From assembly GCA_965277285.1 (NCBI GenBank), contig OZ255721.1, positions 2,560,001 through 2,624,000 of the forward strand: a DNA stretch of 64,000 bases. Direction: 5' to 3'. Shown piece by piece: positions 9,979-19,832 of the stretch. Position 1 is the first letter of the stretch. Each line of letters opens with the position of its first letter. The position numbers and the translations under genes are program-made. The notes beneath the pieces were generated by a model. The model searched no databases and was not told the origin of the DNA. It saw only the letters and a list, made by a program, of their open reading frames with translations. This DNA comes from Abditibacteriaceae bacterium (GTDB taxonomy: Bacteria; Armatimonadota; Abditibacteriia; Abditibacteriales; Abditibacteriaceae).

Positions 9979-11292
9979 ATGAATATGAACGGCGAACAAC
10001 AGCACCAGGTTTTCTTTGGCGATTCGCGCTGCATGAGCGAAATCGCCGATGCGTCAGTGCAATTGGTCGTAACTTCGCCACCGTACTGGCAATTGAAAGA
10101 TTACGGCAGCGAAGGCCAAATCGGTTTTCATCAATCTTTGCCCGAATACATTCAAAGTTTGAATGAAGTCTGGCGCGAATGCTATCGAGTACTCGATTCC
10201 GGTTGTCGCCTGTGCGTCAACATTGGTGATCAGTTCGCGCGTGCGGCGCACTATGGTCGCTACAAAGTTATTCCGTTGCATCAAGACGTGATCGCCGGTT
10301 GCGAAACGATTGGCTTCGATTACATGGGCGCCATCATCTGGCAAAAAGCAACGACGATGAACACGTCGGGCGGCGGCGCTGTGATGGGTTCGTTTCCACA
10401 TCCACGCAACGGCATTCTCAAGATCGACTACGAGTTTATTCTGCTCTTCAAAAAACTGGGAAATGCGCCCAAAGTATCGCCCGCGAAAAAAGCCGCCAGC
10501 GCCATGACAACAGCCGAATGGAATCAATATTTCAGCGGACATTGGAACTTCAGTGGCGAAAAGCAGGGCGACGGACATATCGCGATGTTTCCTTTGGAAT
10601 TGCCGCGTCGCTTGATTAAGATGTTTTCGTTTGCGGGCGAACGAGTACTCGATCCCTTTTTAGGAAGCGGAACCACGATTCGCGCGGCGATGGAACTGGG
10701 ACGCGAAGGCGTCGGCTACGAAGTTAACCGCGATTTCGCGCCCATTATTCGCAAGAAACTGGGCGTCGAACACCATGCGCTGTTCACTTGCGACAACGTT
10801 CTTTTTCAAGAAAGTCAAGCACGTTCGGTAGAAGTTGAACGTGTTCTAATCTCCCCGCATGAATCGAGTACTCGATTCATGGAACGACAAGTTGACCCCA
10901 AGCAGTTTCGTTTTGGTTCAATTATTGAAAAGGACGACGCGCAAAAGCCGCGACAGCGTGGAATGAAAGTGACGCGTATTTTGCAGCCTGATCGTTTGCG
11001 AACCGCAGATGGCGGCGAAATACAACTTTTGGGAATTAAACCTTTGCTGGAAAAAACCGAGCAGGCTTTGTCCTATTTGCACGAAATGGTCTTGAATGAA
11101 AATGTATTTTTGAAGTTCGACGACAACATCAGCGCGGAAAATGGCGCATTGCGCGCTTATGTTTATCTGGGAAACAAGACTTTCATCAACGCCAAACTCA
11201 TCAAATACGGCCTGGTCGAAGTCGATTTCGAGGCGCAACATCGGCTTGCGCAAAGGTTCCGCGCTTATCAAACCGGAAAAAATAATGTCTAA
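9979..11292 (+). CDS. Beta-class amino-DNA methyltransferase (likely N4-C) with C-terminal thermonuclease-like domain
   Basis: Motif IV TSPPY precedes motif I DPFLGSGTT; C-terminal LRAYVYLGNKTFINAKLIKYGLV resembles SNase. Confidence 0.9.
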   Translation: MNMNGEQQHQVFFGDSRCMSEIADASVQLVVTSPPYWQLKDYGSEGQIGFHQSLPEYIQSLNEVWRECYRVLDSGCRLCVNIGDQFARAAHYGRYKVIPLHQDVIAGCETIGFDYMGAIIWQKATTMNTSGGGAVMGSFPHPRNGILKIDYEFILLFKKLGNAPKVSPAKKAASAMTTAEWNQYFSGHWNFSGEKQGDGHIAMFPLELPRRLIKMFSFAGERVLDPFLGSGTTIRAAMELGREGVGYEVNRDFAPIIRKKLGVEHHALFTCDNVLFQESQARSVEVERVLISPHESSTRFMERQVDPKQFRFGSIIEKDDAQKPRQRGMKVTRILQPDRLRTADGGEIQLLGIKPLLEKTEQALSYLHEMVLNENVFLKFDDNISAENGALRAYVYLGNKTFINAKLIKYGLVEVDFEAQHRLAQRFRAYQTGKNNV

Positions 11293-11917
11293 AGAATGGA
11301 TTCTTAATGCCGCGACAAACCGCTTTCAATTGAACTTCAAACGCAACGTTGGCGCGGTTGCCGAAGAAATTCGCAAATGCGAGCCGAAGACGTTGGACGA
11401 TTGGCAGAACTATTATTTCCAACAGCTTTACTCCGAAGAACACTTGCGCGATTTAGGTCAAAAACTTTACGTCAAAATCACTGAAGTCATTCAATCGGAA
11501 GTCGCTTCCATCAGCGAAGACGATTGCATCACTTACATTCGCAATCTGGTTATCGATCGAACTTTCGCCGGTTATCAAACTGAGAAAACCACGATTTACG
11601 AGCAATTGCAACAACTTTTAGGTGTCACTATTGAAGCTGCACCAGACAAATGGGATCGTTCGTTCAACGTCGATTTCTTCATCCAAATCGGCGAACGTTT
11701 TATCGGCTTGCAAATCAAACCTGTCACGTTTTTTAACGCCAATGAATATTACAAATGGCGCGATGTGCAGCGCGAAACGCACGCCAAATTCACGCAGCAA
11801 TTTGGCGGCAAAGTCTTCACTGTTGTCTCAATGAAACAAGGCGACGCCAAACGAATTGCTAACCCAGAAGTTGTGTCCGAAATTCAAGAGGAAATCGCGC
11901 GCCTTGCCGCTTTATGA
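11285..11917 (+). CDS. MjaI-family type II restriction endonuclease
   Basis: MSKEWILN..TNRFQLNFKRNVG start and PD-(D/E)xK-like VDFFIQIGERFIGLQIKP; overlaps the MTase stop codon. Confidence 0.8.
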   Translation: MSKEWILNAATNRFQLNFKRNVGAVAEEIRKCEPKTLDDWQNYYFQQLYSEEHLRDLGQKLYVKITEVIQSEVASISEDDCITYIRNLVIDRTFAGYQTEKTTIYEQLQQLLGVTIEAAPDKWDRSFNVDFFIQIGERFIGLQIKPVTFFNANEYYKWRDVQRETHAKFTQQFGGKVFTVVSMKQGDAKRIANPEVVSEIQEEIARLAAL

Positions 11918-11940
11918 AAGCAAATCGAATACTCAAATGT

Positions 11941-11974
11941 CAAAAGCACAACGATTAAGTTCGTTGTGCTTTTG
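11941..11974. terminator. Hairpin terminator between the convergent REase and rimO genes
   Basis: CAAAAGCACAACGA-ttaagt-TCGTTGTGCTTTTG. Confidence 0.75.
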
Positions 11975-12028
11975 TATTCGTTTCGTTGGAAACTCCACAT
12001 TATCAGTGTAGCGCTCTGGCAAGTTGAC

Positions 12029-13435
12029 TTAAGCCAACTTGCCGCTTAAGTCATATTCGCTGGCGCCACTAATTTTGACTTGCACGAAACTGCCTGGTGG
12101 ATTGGCTTTGCGCTCGCGTGGCGACATCTTGACGAAAACGTTGCCGTCGATGTCGGGCGCGTCGCGGAAACTGCGGCCAATCGTTCCGCCAGGTTCTTCA
12201 TTTTCCAACAGAACATCCAGCGTTTTGCCGATGTAAGCGCGGTTCTTCTTCAGCGAAATCTTCTGCTGCAAAGTCTGCAAAACGTGATAACGCTCGTCTT
12301 TGGCTTCTTGAGGAACGCGGCCATCCAGCCCGAAAGACAAAGCCGTATCTTCGTCTGAATACTTGAAGACGCCGATGCGGTCGAACTTTTGTTCGCGCAC
12401 GAAATCGCACAATTCCTGGAACTGTTCTTCGGTTTCGCCTGGAAAACCAACGATGAAGCTGGTGCGAATCGACAACTCGGGATTGAGTACTCGAAAACGA
12501 TCCAGAAGTCGCGCGTAACTTTCGGCGTGACCGCCGCGACGCATTCGCGCCAGAACGGTTTTATTGGCGTGCTGCAGCGGAATATCCAGGTAGCGCGCGA
12601 CACGCGGACTGGTGCAAATCGCTTCGATGAACTCGTCGTTGACTTGCGAAGGATACGCGTAAAGTGTGCGAACCCATTTCAATTCTTCGATTTTTGACAG
12701 TTCTTTAATCAGCGCGCCCAGCGACCATTTCTGGTACAAATCCATGCCGTAGCGCGTCGAATCTTGCGCGACAAGCACGATTTCCTTGACACCACTTGCC
12801 GCCAGATTGCGCGCTTCCGTGATGATGCTTTCTATCGGGCGCGAGCGAAACGGGCCGCGCAAGCTGGGAATAATGCAGAAACTGCAACTGTGATCGCAGC
12901 CTTCGGCGATTTTGATGTACGCCGTCCACGGCGGTGTGGCGCGTACGCGCGGCGTCACATGATCGTAAACATAGGCGTGCTGCCTGGTCGGCGTCACGCT
13001 CAATTGAATCAAGCCATTTTGCGGCATTCGTAGCGTCGTCGAACCATGGAGCGGCGTATCGAGTACTCGATTGGGGTCGATTAAGCCATCCAACGTCGAA
13101 ACGATTTGCGGAAAATCGGTCGTGCCCAAAATCGCATCGACTTGCGGCACGCGCATCTTGATCAATTGCGCGTCGCGTTGCGGCAAACATCCTGTAGCGA
13201 CGACAACTTTGCAGCGACCGCCATTTTCTTTATGGCGCGCCACATCGCTGAGGGTTTGCAGGCTTTCTTCAACTGCCGCGCCCAGAAAACCGCACGTATT
13301 GACGATGATCGCGTCCGCGTCCGCCACATCGGTCGTCAGCGAATAGCCGGCGCCCTGCAACAAACCCAACATCACTTCGCTGTCCACCAGATTCTTGGAA
13401 CAGCCCAACGAAACTAAACTTACGTTTTTTTGCAC
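12029..13435 (-). CDS. rimO: Ribosomal protein S12 methylthiotransferase
   Basis: SLGCSKNLVDSE, YIKIAEGCDHSCSFC, C-terminal TRAM domain with DAPDIDG. Confidence 0.97.
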   Translation of the reverse strand: MQKNVSLVSLGCSKNLVDSEVMLGLLQGAGYSLTTDVADADAIIVNTCGFLGAAVEESLQTLSDVARHKENGGRCKVVVATGCLPQRDAQLIKMRVPQVDAILGTTDFPQIVSTLDGLIDPNRVLDTPLHGSTTLRMPQNGLIQLSVTPTRQHAYVYDHVTPRVRATPPWTAYIKIAEGCDHSCSFCIIPSLRGPFRSRPIESIITEARNLAASGVKEIVLVAQDSTRYGMDLYQKWSLGALIKELSKIEELKWVRTLYAYPSQVNDEFIEAICTSPRVARYLDIPLQHANKTVLARMRRGGHAESYARLLDRFRVLNPELSIRTSFIVGFPGETEEQFQELCDFVREQKFDRIGVFKYSDEDTALSFGLDGRVPQEAKDERYHVLQTLQQKISLKKNRAYIGKTLDVLLENEEPGGTIGRSFRDAPDIDGNVFVKMSPRERKANPPGSFVQVKISGASEYDLSGKLA

Positions 13436-13653
13436 AATTGATAATTATACAACACACCTGCTCTGTTCCGATTCCTTGTTGGAAAATTCGCCATCGAATA
13501 TACATGGCCTTTGAGCTTGTCGCCAAACTTATCGCCGTGAGCAGCGGAGTGTTTCGGTTTATAGTTACGCTTTTTTCGTTCTATAGGAATTCGGTTAGAA
13601 GCGCGGCCTTGCGGACTCGATGAAGGCAATTAACAAACTCACAAAGAAGTCTT

Positions 13654-13720
13654 TTCCTATAACAATGAAAAGCGCGCCCGAATCGAGTACTCGACGGGCG
13701 CTTTTCATTGTTGATAGGAA
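13654..13720. terminator. Long hairpin with the TCGAGTACTCGA palindrome at its apex
   Basis: TTCCTAT-AACAATGAAAAGCGC(GC)CCG-aa-TCGAGTACTCGA-CGGGCGCTTTTCATTGTT-g-ATAGGAA. Confidence 0.7.
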
Positions 13721-13744
13721 GTAATTTACAGCGTCTTTCTGTTG

Positions 13745-13829
13745 GCGTGAAATCGGCCACTATGCGCTTGAGTCGAACGTTTTCCTCTTCGAGTTGCTTG
13801 AGTTGACGCAATTCATCTTGTGTCTCCAT
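13745..13829 (-). pseudogene. IS3-family OrfA transposase remnant
   Basis: Peptide ELRQLKQLEEENVRLKRIVAD resembles the IS3 OrfA leucine-zipper end; no OrfB follows. Confidence 0.6.
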
Positions 13830-13861
13830 AACGGCAACCGCACCAAATCTTTGACCAGTCT

Positions 13862-16588
13862 TCAAAACAAGTGCGACAGCAATTTTTGGATTCCCTGACG
13901 CAACGCATCCAAGGCATTGATAAACCCACTTGTCCAACTTGTCGAGGAATTGGTGTTTGTCAGTGCTGTTGATGCCGTCGGTATCGCATGTAAAGCGTTT
14001 CCATTCGGCGCGGCGTTCGGCTCGTTATAGACTTCGATTTCTCGAATTGTGGCCTGATGGTAGCCGGTTTGTCCTCCTGCGTCCTGCACCATTTGCAGCG
14101 CGCCGCCACCGACCGTGACAGCATTGATCACCAGACGAATCTTGCCGCTCGTGACAGGCGCAAACGAATGCGAAAACACGTCGCGGTCGGAATAAAACTG
14201 ATCGACTTTGGAACGCGCAAAAGGCGTCCACACTTTGAAGGTCTTGGCCGGTTCCACGATGTGATCGAGCGGTGTCCAAACGCCATTTTTATCGTATTGC
14301 AGTTCGTAATCGAGCAGCGAACCGCCCGCTTGCCACGGCACAGCCGCATAAACGAGTACTCGATTGAAAGTTTGAACTGAGGGCAAATCAATTTCTACCG
14401 TCAGCGGATGCGCGGCGCTGATTTCCTTCTGGTTGCTTGTCCACGCATAATCGGCGTTGGTTTGATTGAGATACCACGTTTCCAATTCGCCATTGACAAG
14501 TTTCGCCGGTGAGTTTTCGATCTGCGCGCCCGCGGGATGCGTCGAGTCGCCGCTCGCCGTGACAGTTGACTTTAAGGCCAAATCTGCGCCCCAGTCAGTC
14601 GGCGCGACATCAACCGTTTGGCCTGTCGCCAGTTCCACGTAAACCGGCACTTCGGGAACCGTCAGCGCCAGGCGATTTTTGATTGGCGTTCGAGTACTCG
14701 ATTCGCCCCACGCCGTCACGATTTTGACAGGATCGTTCGTCGACAACTTGAGCTCGACATTCAGGTCGGTCGCGCCCGTCGATTGAAGCGCTACGACGCT
14801 TTTATCGTTGCCCTTGAAGACACTGCCAAGAAGGAGATTGTTGCCCGGCGTGCCGAAGTCGAGAGCGCGCTGGAAGCTCGTTCCGAACAATTCTTCGCTC
14901 CACACGCGCATCAATGGCGCGGCAGGATTGAGGCTACCATCGTCGTTTTCGAGCCAGGCCGGAACGTCCCAGAAGCCGTGGCTTTTGTCGTACCACAAAT
15001 GATCGTGTTCCTTGGGAATGCCTTGTTGCTCGAAAATCATCTTCTGCAGCATCGTCCAGCGCCCGTTGAGGCGCGGTTCATACGCGCCATAAACCGCGGT
15101 GAAATAGCCTTGCTCGGTTTGCCATTTTTCGATGTTTTGCAGACCGTATTTTTTCAACAAAGCGTTCAAACCGGCAAAGGATTGGCGCGCCAGTTCCGCA
15201 TCGCCGTTGATCGCGTTGTAAGCGTGAAACGAAAAAGCGTCTATGCTATCTTTGCCGCCAGCCTTGAAAAAGTCATCGGTCCAGCGCAACGTCGCGGGCC
15301 GAATATCGACCGTTCCCGGCCCCAAAACTTTCAAATTCCGATTGACACTTTTGACCACATCGTAAAACGGCTTCATTTCGTTGATGGCGAAGTCGTGGCC
15401 GCTCGCGCCAAAGTTCGGCTCGTTGCGCGGCTCCCAATATTGCACATCGTGTTGAAAGTGAGTGACAATTTGGCGCACCGCATCCAGGTTTTTCGTGCCG
15501 TTTGAAAAGGCGATCATCAAAGGTCGCGGGCGGGCGGCGTCGCGCCCAACATACAACTCTTTGGCGATTGCGATGTCGTGATCGAGACGTTGAATGGAGT
15601 CGGCTGTCGTCTTGTCGCTGCTGACATCGGCGGCGTATCGTTCAGGCCCGGAAGCCAGCACACTTTGCAACGCCGTGTTCTGGCCGCCATCGGCAGAAAG
15701 CAAGCGATTGTTATCGAAATAATTACCCGTCAAACCATCGCCGACTTCGGTTGTATTTCCAACTGAAAATAAGTGGGCCGTAGGAATAACGACTTGTCTG
15801 ATGGTCGATGTGTGCCAACGCAATTGAGGCGCGTTGCTTGAATACTGGCCTTGCGCATAGGTCATTTCAACGTCGTATTTTTGTCCGGCTTTCAACGTCA
15901 CCGAGCCGTTGTTCAAGCCCTTGCTGCTATCGACAACTGTGACGCCGTTCACTTTGACAAGCGCGCCATCGTTGCTGCCAGTCGAGAAATCGTAACTTTC
16001 ATTGGAGACCGCTTGAAGTTTTCCTTTCCATTCGACGCGATAACCTGTGGCGGGTAAACCAGGTGCGGGCGAGTTGGTGCCCCAGGCAAAATCAATCGTT
16101 TTATCGACGCGCGTCAAGGTTTTGTCTTGTACGAGCAAAGGTGGAAAATCGGGAAAATTGGCATCGTGGCGAAAAATGCAGAAGGTGGTTCCGCCGACGC
16201 TCGACCCGAAATCTCCGCCCTGATCGACACTGCCAAACAAGTAAAGTTTGTACCAGCCCGCAAGCGAAACTTTGAGCGTCACAGTCTCGCCCGAGACAAC
16301 GCCAGAATCGACCAAATCGCCCACGTAATTACGGACTTCGTAACGTATCGCGCCCTTATCGAGTACTCGATCTCGGACTCGAAACTCAACAGGCTTTCCC
16401 ACATAAAACACGTTGTGAACGTGGCCGGAAACCAGCTTGACAGCGGTTGGCGGTTGCCCGTCAACAAACCCGGCGCGCGCTGGATTCGGGCACAAACTGC
16501 ATACCACTATCGCACACAGCAAAGAAATCGGGGCCACAAAAGAAAGTTTGCGACGTCGCAAGAAGTTAGTTTTTAAGTTATTTCCCAT
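13862..16588 (-). CDS. Secreted glycoside-hydrolase-like protein with PA14 and discoidin-like domains
   Basis: Signal peptide; PA14-like segment (IDFAWGTNSP...SNDG); clan-A-like WEPRNEPN and WQTEQG motifs; C-terminal IREIEVY. Confidence 0.7.
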   Translation of the reverse strand: MGNNLKTNFLRRRKLSFVAPISLLCAIVVCSLCPNPARAGFVDGQPPTAVKLVSGHVHNVFYVGKPVEFRVRDRVLDKGAIRYEVRNYVGDLVDSGVVSGETVTLKVSLAGWYKLYLFGSVDQGGDFGSSVGGTTFCIFRHDANFPDFPPLLVQDKTLTRVDKTIDFAWGTNSPAPGLPATGYRVEWKGKLQAVSNESYDFSTGSNDGALVKVNGVTVVDSSKGLNNGSVTLKAGQKYDVEMTYAQGQYSSNAPQLRWHTSTIRQVVIPTAHLFSVGNTTEVGDGLTGNYFDNNRLLSADGGQNTALQSVLASGPERYAADVSSDKTTADSIQRLDHDIAIAKELYVGRDAARPRPLMIAFSNGTKNLDAVRQIVTHFQHDVQYWEPRNEPNFGASGHDFAINEMKPFYDVVKSVNRNLKVLGPGTVDIRPATLRWTDDFFKAGGKDSIDAFSFHAYNAINGDAELARQSFAGLNALLKKYGLQNIEKWQTEQGYFTAVYGAYEPRLNGRWTMLQKMIFEQQGIPKEHDHLWYDKSHGFWDVPAWLENDDGSLNPAAPLMRVWSEELFGTSFQRALDFGTPGNNLLLGSVFKGNDKSVVALQSTGATDLNVELKLSTNDPVKIVTAWGESSTRTPIKNRLALTVPEVPVYVELATGQTVDVAPTDWGADLALKSTVTASGDSTHPAGAQIENSPAKLVNGELETWYLNQTNADYAWTSNQKEISAAHPLTVEIDLPSVQTFNRVLVYAAVPWQAGGSLLDYELQYDKNGVWTPLDHIVEPAKTFKVWTPFARSKVDQFYSDRDVFSHSFAPVTSGKIRLVINAVTVGGGALQMVQDAGGQTGYHQATIREIEVYNEPNAAPNGNALHAIPTASTALTNTNSSTSWTSGFINALDALRQGIQKLLSHLF

Positions 16589-16665
16589 AAACTATTTCAA
16601 CGCTTCAAAAACCCTTCAAGACTCATCTCGGCCATGACAACCCGCACCTTCAGCTTCACACACGC

Positions 16666-18447
16666 TCAGTGCAAAACCGGCACATCGTCGTTCATTTCGA
16701 TGGGTGTGATCTCCCCGTTTTTTTCGTAATGAATCGGCTGAATGGCAAGGCTGCGACCTCCCGAACCAAAAGGATCACCGCCCGCTTTGGCGCTTTCCCA
16801 ACGGTGATAAACGATGTACCATCGCTTGCTCACAGGATCTTGAACAAATGCGTGATGGCCAGGGCCTTTGCGGGTTTCGTCACTCACCAGAATGGGGCCG
16901 TGATACGTCCACGGGCCGAGGGGCGAAGTTGAAGTCGCATAATGAACGGAATAGCTGGGGCTGTGCCAACCGCCGTGACTATAGGACAGATAATACAATC
17001 CATTCGCATAGTGAATGAAGACGCCTTCGGTAAATTTGGGCGGCGTTTCCACCGGCACTTCGCGGACGGTGTGCAGCAAATCATCGCTCAATTGCCAGAT
17101 GCGCAGTTTCGAGCCGCTCGAGCCACCCGCGTAAAGATAAGTCTGGCCGCTTTTAGGATCGGTAAACACCATGGGATCAATGGCCTCAAAACCATTTCCA
17201 CCCGTGACCAGAGGTTGACCGGAATCTTTGAACGGGCCGGTTGGTGAATCGGAAACTGCGACGCCGATGCGACTGGGCGTTGCGTTTTGGTCGCCGACCG
17301 CATAGTAGAAATAAAACTTGCCGTTTTTTTGCTCCAGGCAGGGCGCCCACGGAAAATGGCGCGGGTTGCCGTCAGCGTAAATCCAGGGAATGTCTTTGAA
17401 GTTCAAAATTGGCGCACTGCGCGTCCAGTTTTTCAAGTCAGTCGAGGAAAACGCGTAGAACACCCAATTGTTGTCGCCGATGTTACCACCCGTGGGATAC
17501 ATATAAAAAGTCTTTCCCACCGTCACCACGTCGGGGTCGGCGCCCCTAAACAGCTTGACATCCTGTGCCGGTTCGGTCTTTATGAGCGGCGCCGTGACGC
17601 CCGCGCCGCCTCGCGTGGCAAACAAAAATTGCGCAGGTTGTAGCGCTCGGTCGCTCAAGCGCACTTCGTCCAGTCGCCCGTACATCCAGTTGGTTGGTGC
17701 TTTGTCCCAGCCGCGTCCCAAAACGAAAGACCCCGAGACAACGTTAAGAGCGCCATGAATCGCTGTTTTTCCAACGAGTTGATAACCCCGACCGTCGAGC
17801 GCGTCCACATACAATGTCATCTCGTCGCTGGTGGCGGTCGCCGCGATGTTATACCAGCGCCGAACTTGAAGCGTGGCGGGCGTGACAATTTCTTTGAACT
17901 CGTTCGCGCCATCGACAATTTCCAGGTGTAAATCGTAGTTTTCGCCGCCGTCGCGGTTCGTGGCCACAAGCTGCAGCGGGCCACTCCTTTCGTTGTCAGA
18001 CTTTTGGCCGCCAAGTATGGAACCGTCGCGCCCTAATAAGCCCGTTCTGCCATCGAAGGCTTCCAAACGAACCGAAAGTTCAATTGTCCAGGCGTTTGAT
18101 CCTGTTGGACTGAAGTTGAAAGTGTTGAGGAACCCTTTACGCGAAAGCAAATCGTCATTGCCGCGAAATTCGGCGCTCTCGTGATTGGTGACACCGCTTT
18201 GCGCAACTGAAGAAAACGGTGCATCGTCGACTTCGATGGGCTGCGAAAAACTGTCCGTTGAAACGAGGTTATTGCCCTGCCCCGAATAGTCGCGCACACC
18301 CGCGCCGCGCCCAAGAGGTTTCCCTTTTTTGGCGTCATCGAAACGCCAGTAAGCGAGAGTTCTGGCCTGCACGGGCGTTGAGTTGCCAAGCGCGCCGCCC
18401 GAAAGCAACAATGCGCCGCCAAGTAAAACCTTGATAAATCGTGTCAT
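16666..18447 (-). CDS. Secreted LamG-like domain plus GH43 glycoside hydrolase
   Basis: LAYWRFD...GRLDEVRLSDRAL; ADP, WAP, AIDP, FTEG and GPGHH motifs. Confidence 0.9.
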   Translation of the reverse strand: MTRFIKVLLGGALLLSGGALGNSTPVQARTLAYWRFDDAKKGKPLGRGAGVRDYSGQGNNLVSTDSFSQPIEVDDAPFSSVAQSGVTNHESAEFRGNDDLLSRKGFLNTFNFSPTGSNAWTIELSVRLEAFDGRTGLLGRDGSILGGQKSDNERSGPLQLVATNRDGGENYDLHLEIVDGANEFKEIVTPATLQVRRWYNIAATATSDEMTLYVDALDGRGYQLVGKTAIHGALNVVSGSFVLGRGWDKAPTNWMYGRLDEVRLSDRALQPAQFLFATRGGAGVTAPLIKTEPAQDVKLFRGADPDVVTVGKTFYMYPTGGNIGDNNWVFYAFSSTDLKNWTRSAPILNFKDIPWIYADGNPRHFPWAPCLEQKNGKFYFYYAVGDQNATPSRIGVAVSDSPTGPFKDSGQPLVTGGNGFEAIDPMVFTDPKSGQTYLYAGGSSGSKLRIWQLSDDLLHTVREVPVETPPKFTEGVFIHYANGLYYLSYSHGGWHSPSYSVHYATSTSPLGPWTYHGPILVSDETRKGPGHHAFVQDPVSKRWYIVYHRWESAKAGGDPFGSGGRSLAIQPIHYEKNGEITPIEMNDDVPVLH

Positions 18448-18869
18448 AAAAAAGGGTAAGATAAGAAGTTTTTGGTCGCAGGTACGTCCAAAAATGGGAT
18501 AGTCAGTCTAAACAACAATGGATTATAACGAGTTGCAAAAACTTCTGAACCAATTGGTTCAGGCACCTTTGTCACAGTTTAAATCTCCGCTTTAGCGCCG
18601 CAAAACGGCTTGGCAAAGGAACCGACGACGCGTTGTGTTTTGGCCAGAACGCCTTACGTGGATTTCTTTGCTCGAAAATTGTGTCATCCGCATTTGCACA
18701 AAATGACGAATTTGAATCCACAACGGTAATGCTCCAATCGTGGCTTAATCGAACGGAAACAAACGTGCCTCAACATTTTACGTGCGTGCAAGAACTGAGA
18801 AATCGCGCGCGGCTACATTTGTAGGGTAACGCAACGCGGCAACTGCAAATTGAGAAAGGAGTTCGGTTT

Positions 18870-19832
18870 ATGTGTGGCATCGCGGGCATTTTACAGCGCA
18901 ACGGGAACGGCGATTATCCGGTCGGGCAATCGTTGCTGGCGATGGCGCGGTGCCTTCAACACCGAGGCGCCGATTCCGCCGGAGTCGCCGTTTTCGGCGC
19001 ACGCCAAAATCAACCTCATCTGCAAATCGCTTTGCCTTTGGGTGCCAACGAATTGTCGCCCGCCACTTTATCGCACTTGAGCGCCGGACGATTGCACGAC
19101 ATCCAACGCGAACGTGGCGGCTTCACAGCCGAAATGGAAGCGCCGAACACGGCGGTTTTGGACGCGCCATCCTGTTTCGAGTACTCGAAACAGCCGGAAC
19201 TGGGCGGCAACGCGCTGGCGGACGCGGCTTTCATTCAAGATTTGGAAGCGCATTTGAACGGCGCCACGATTTCTTCGATGGGACGCGCAATGAACGTTTA
19301 TAAAGCGGTCGGGCGCGTCGATGAACTGAGCGCGCAAATGTCCGCGTTGACGGGAACGCATGGTATCGCGCATCTGCGATTGGCGACTGAAAGCCGCATT
19401 GATCCGGCGCACGCGCAGCCGTTCTGGGGACGACCTTACGCCGACATCGCAGTGACGCACAACGGCCACATCACCAATTACCATAAGCTGCGGAACCAAT
19501 TTGAGGCGCGCGGTTTCAGTTTCGCTTCGCACAACGACAGCGAAATTATCGGCGTTTACCTGGGCGAAAAAATGGACGAAGGCGCTACTCTTTCCGAAGC
19601 CTTGAAAGTCGCCGCCGTCGAATTGGACGGTTCGTTTTCGTTCATCGTGGCGACGGCGAACGCCTTAGGCGTAGCGCGCGATCCGTTGGCGACCAAGCCG
19701 TTGTTGTATGTCGAAACCGAAGACGTGGTCGCGCTCGCTTCGGAGCCGCAGGCGCTTTATCGAGTACTCGGAAATGGCGTGCGCATCCGCGAAATCAAAC
19801 CAAAGGAGACGCGTGTATGGGAGCTGGCTTAA
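18870..19832 (+). CDS. Class II glutamine amidotransferase (GlxB / N-methylglutamate synthase subunit A-like)
   Basis: MCGIAG start, HRGADSAG, HLRLATES, HNGHITN and DGSFSF motifs. Confidence 0.88.
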   Translation: MCGIAGILQRNGNGDYPVGQSLLAMARCLQHRGADSAGVAVFGARQNQPHLQIALPLGANELSPATLSHLSAGRLHDIQRERGGFTAEMEAPNTAVLDAPSCFEYSKQPELGGNALADAAFIQDLEAHLNGATISSMGRAMNVYKAVGRVDELSAQMSALTGTHGIAHLRLATESRIDPAHAQPFWGRPYADIAVTHNGHITNYHKLRNQFEARGFSFASHNDSEIIGVYLGEKMDEGATLSEALKVAAVELDGSFSFIVATANALGVARDPLATKPLLYVETEDVVALASEPQALYRVLGNGVRIREIKPKETRVWELA

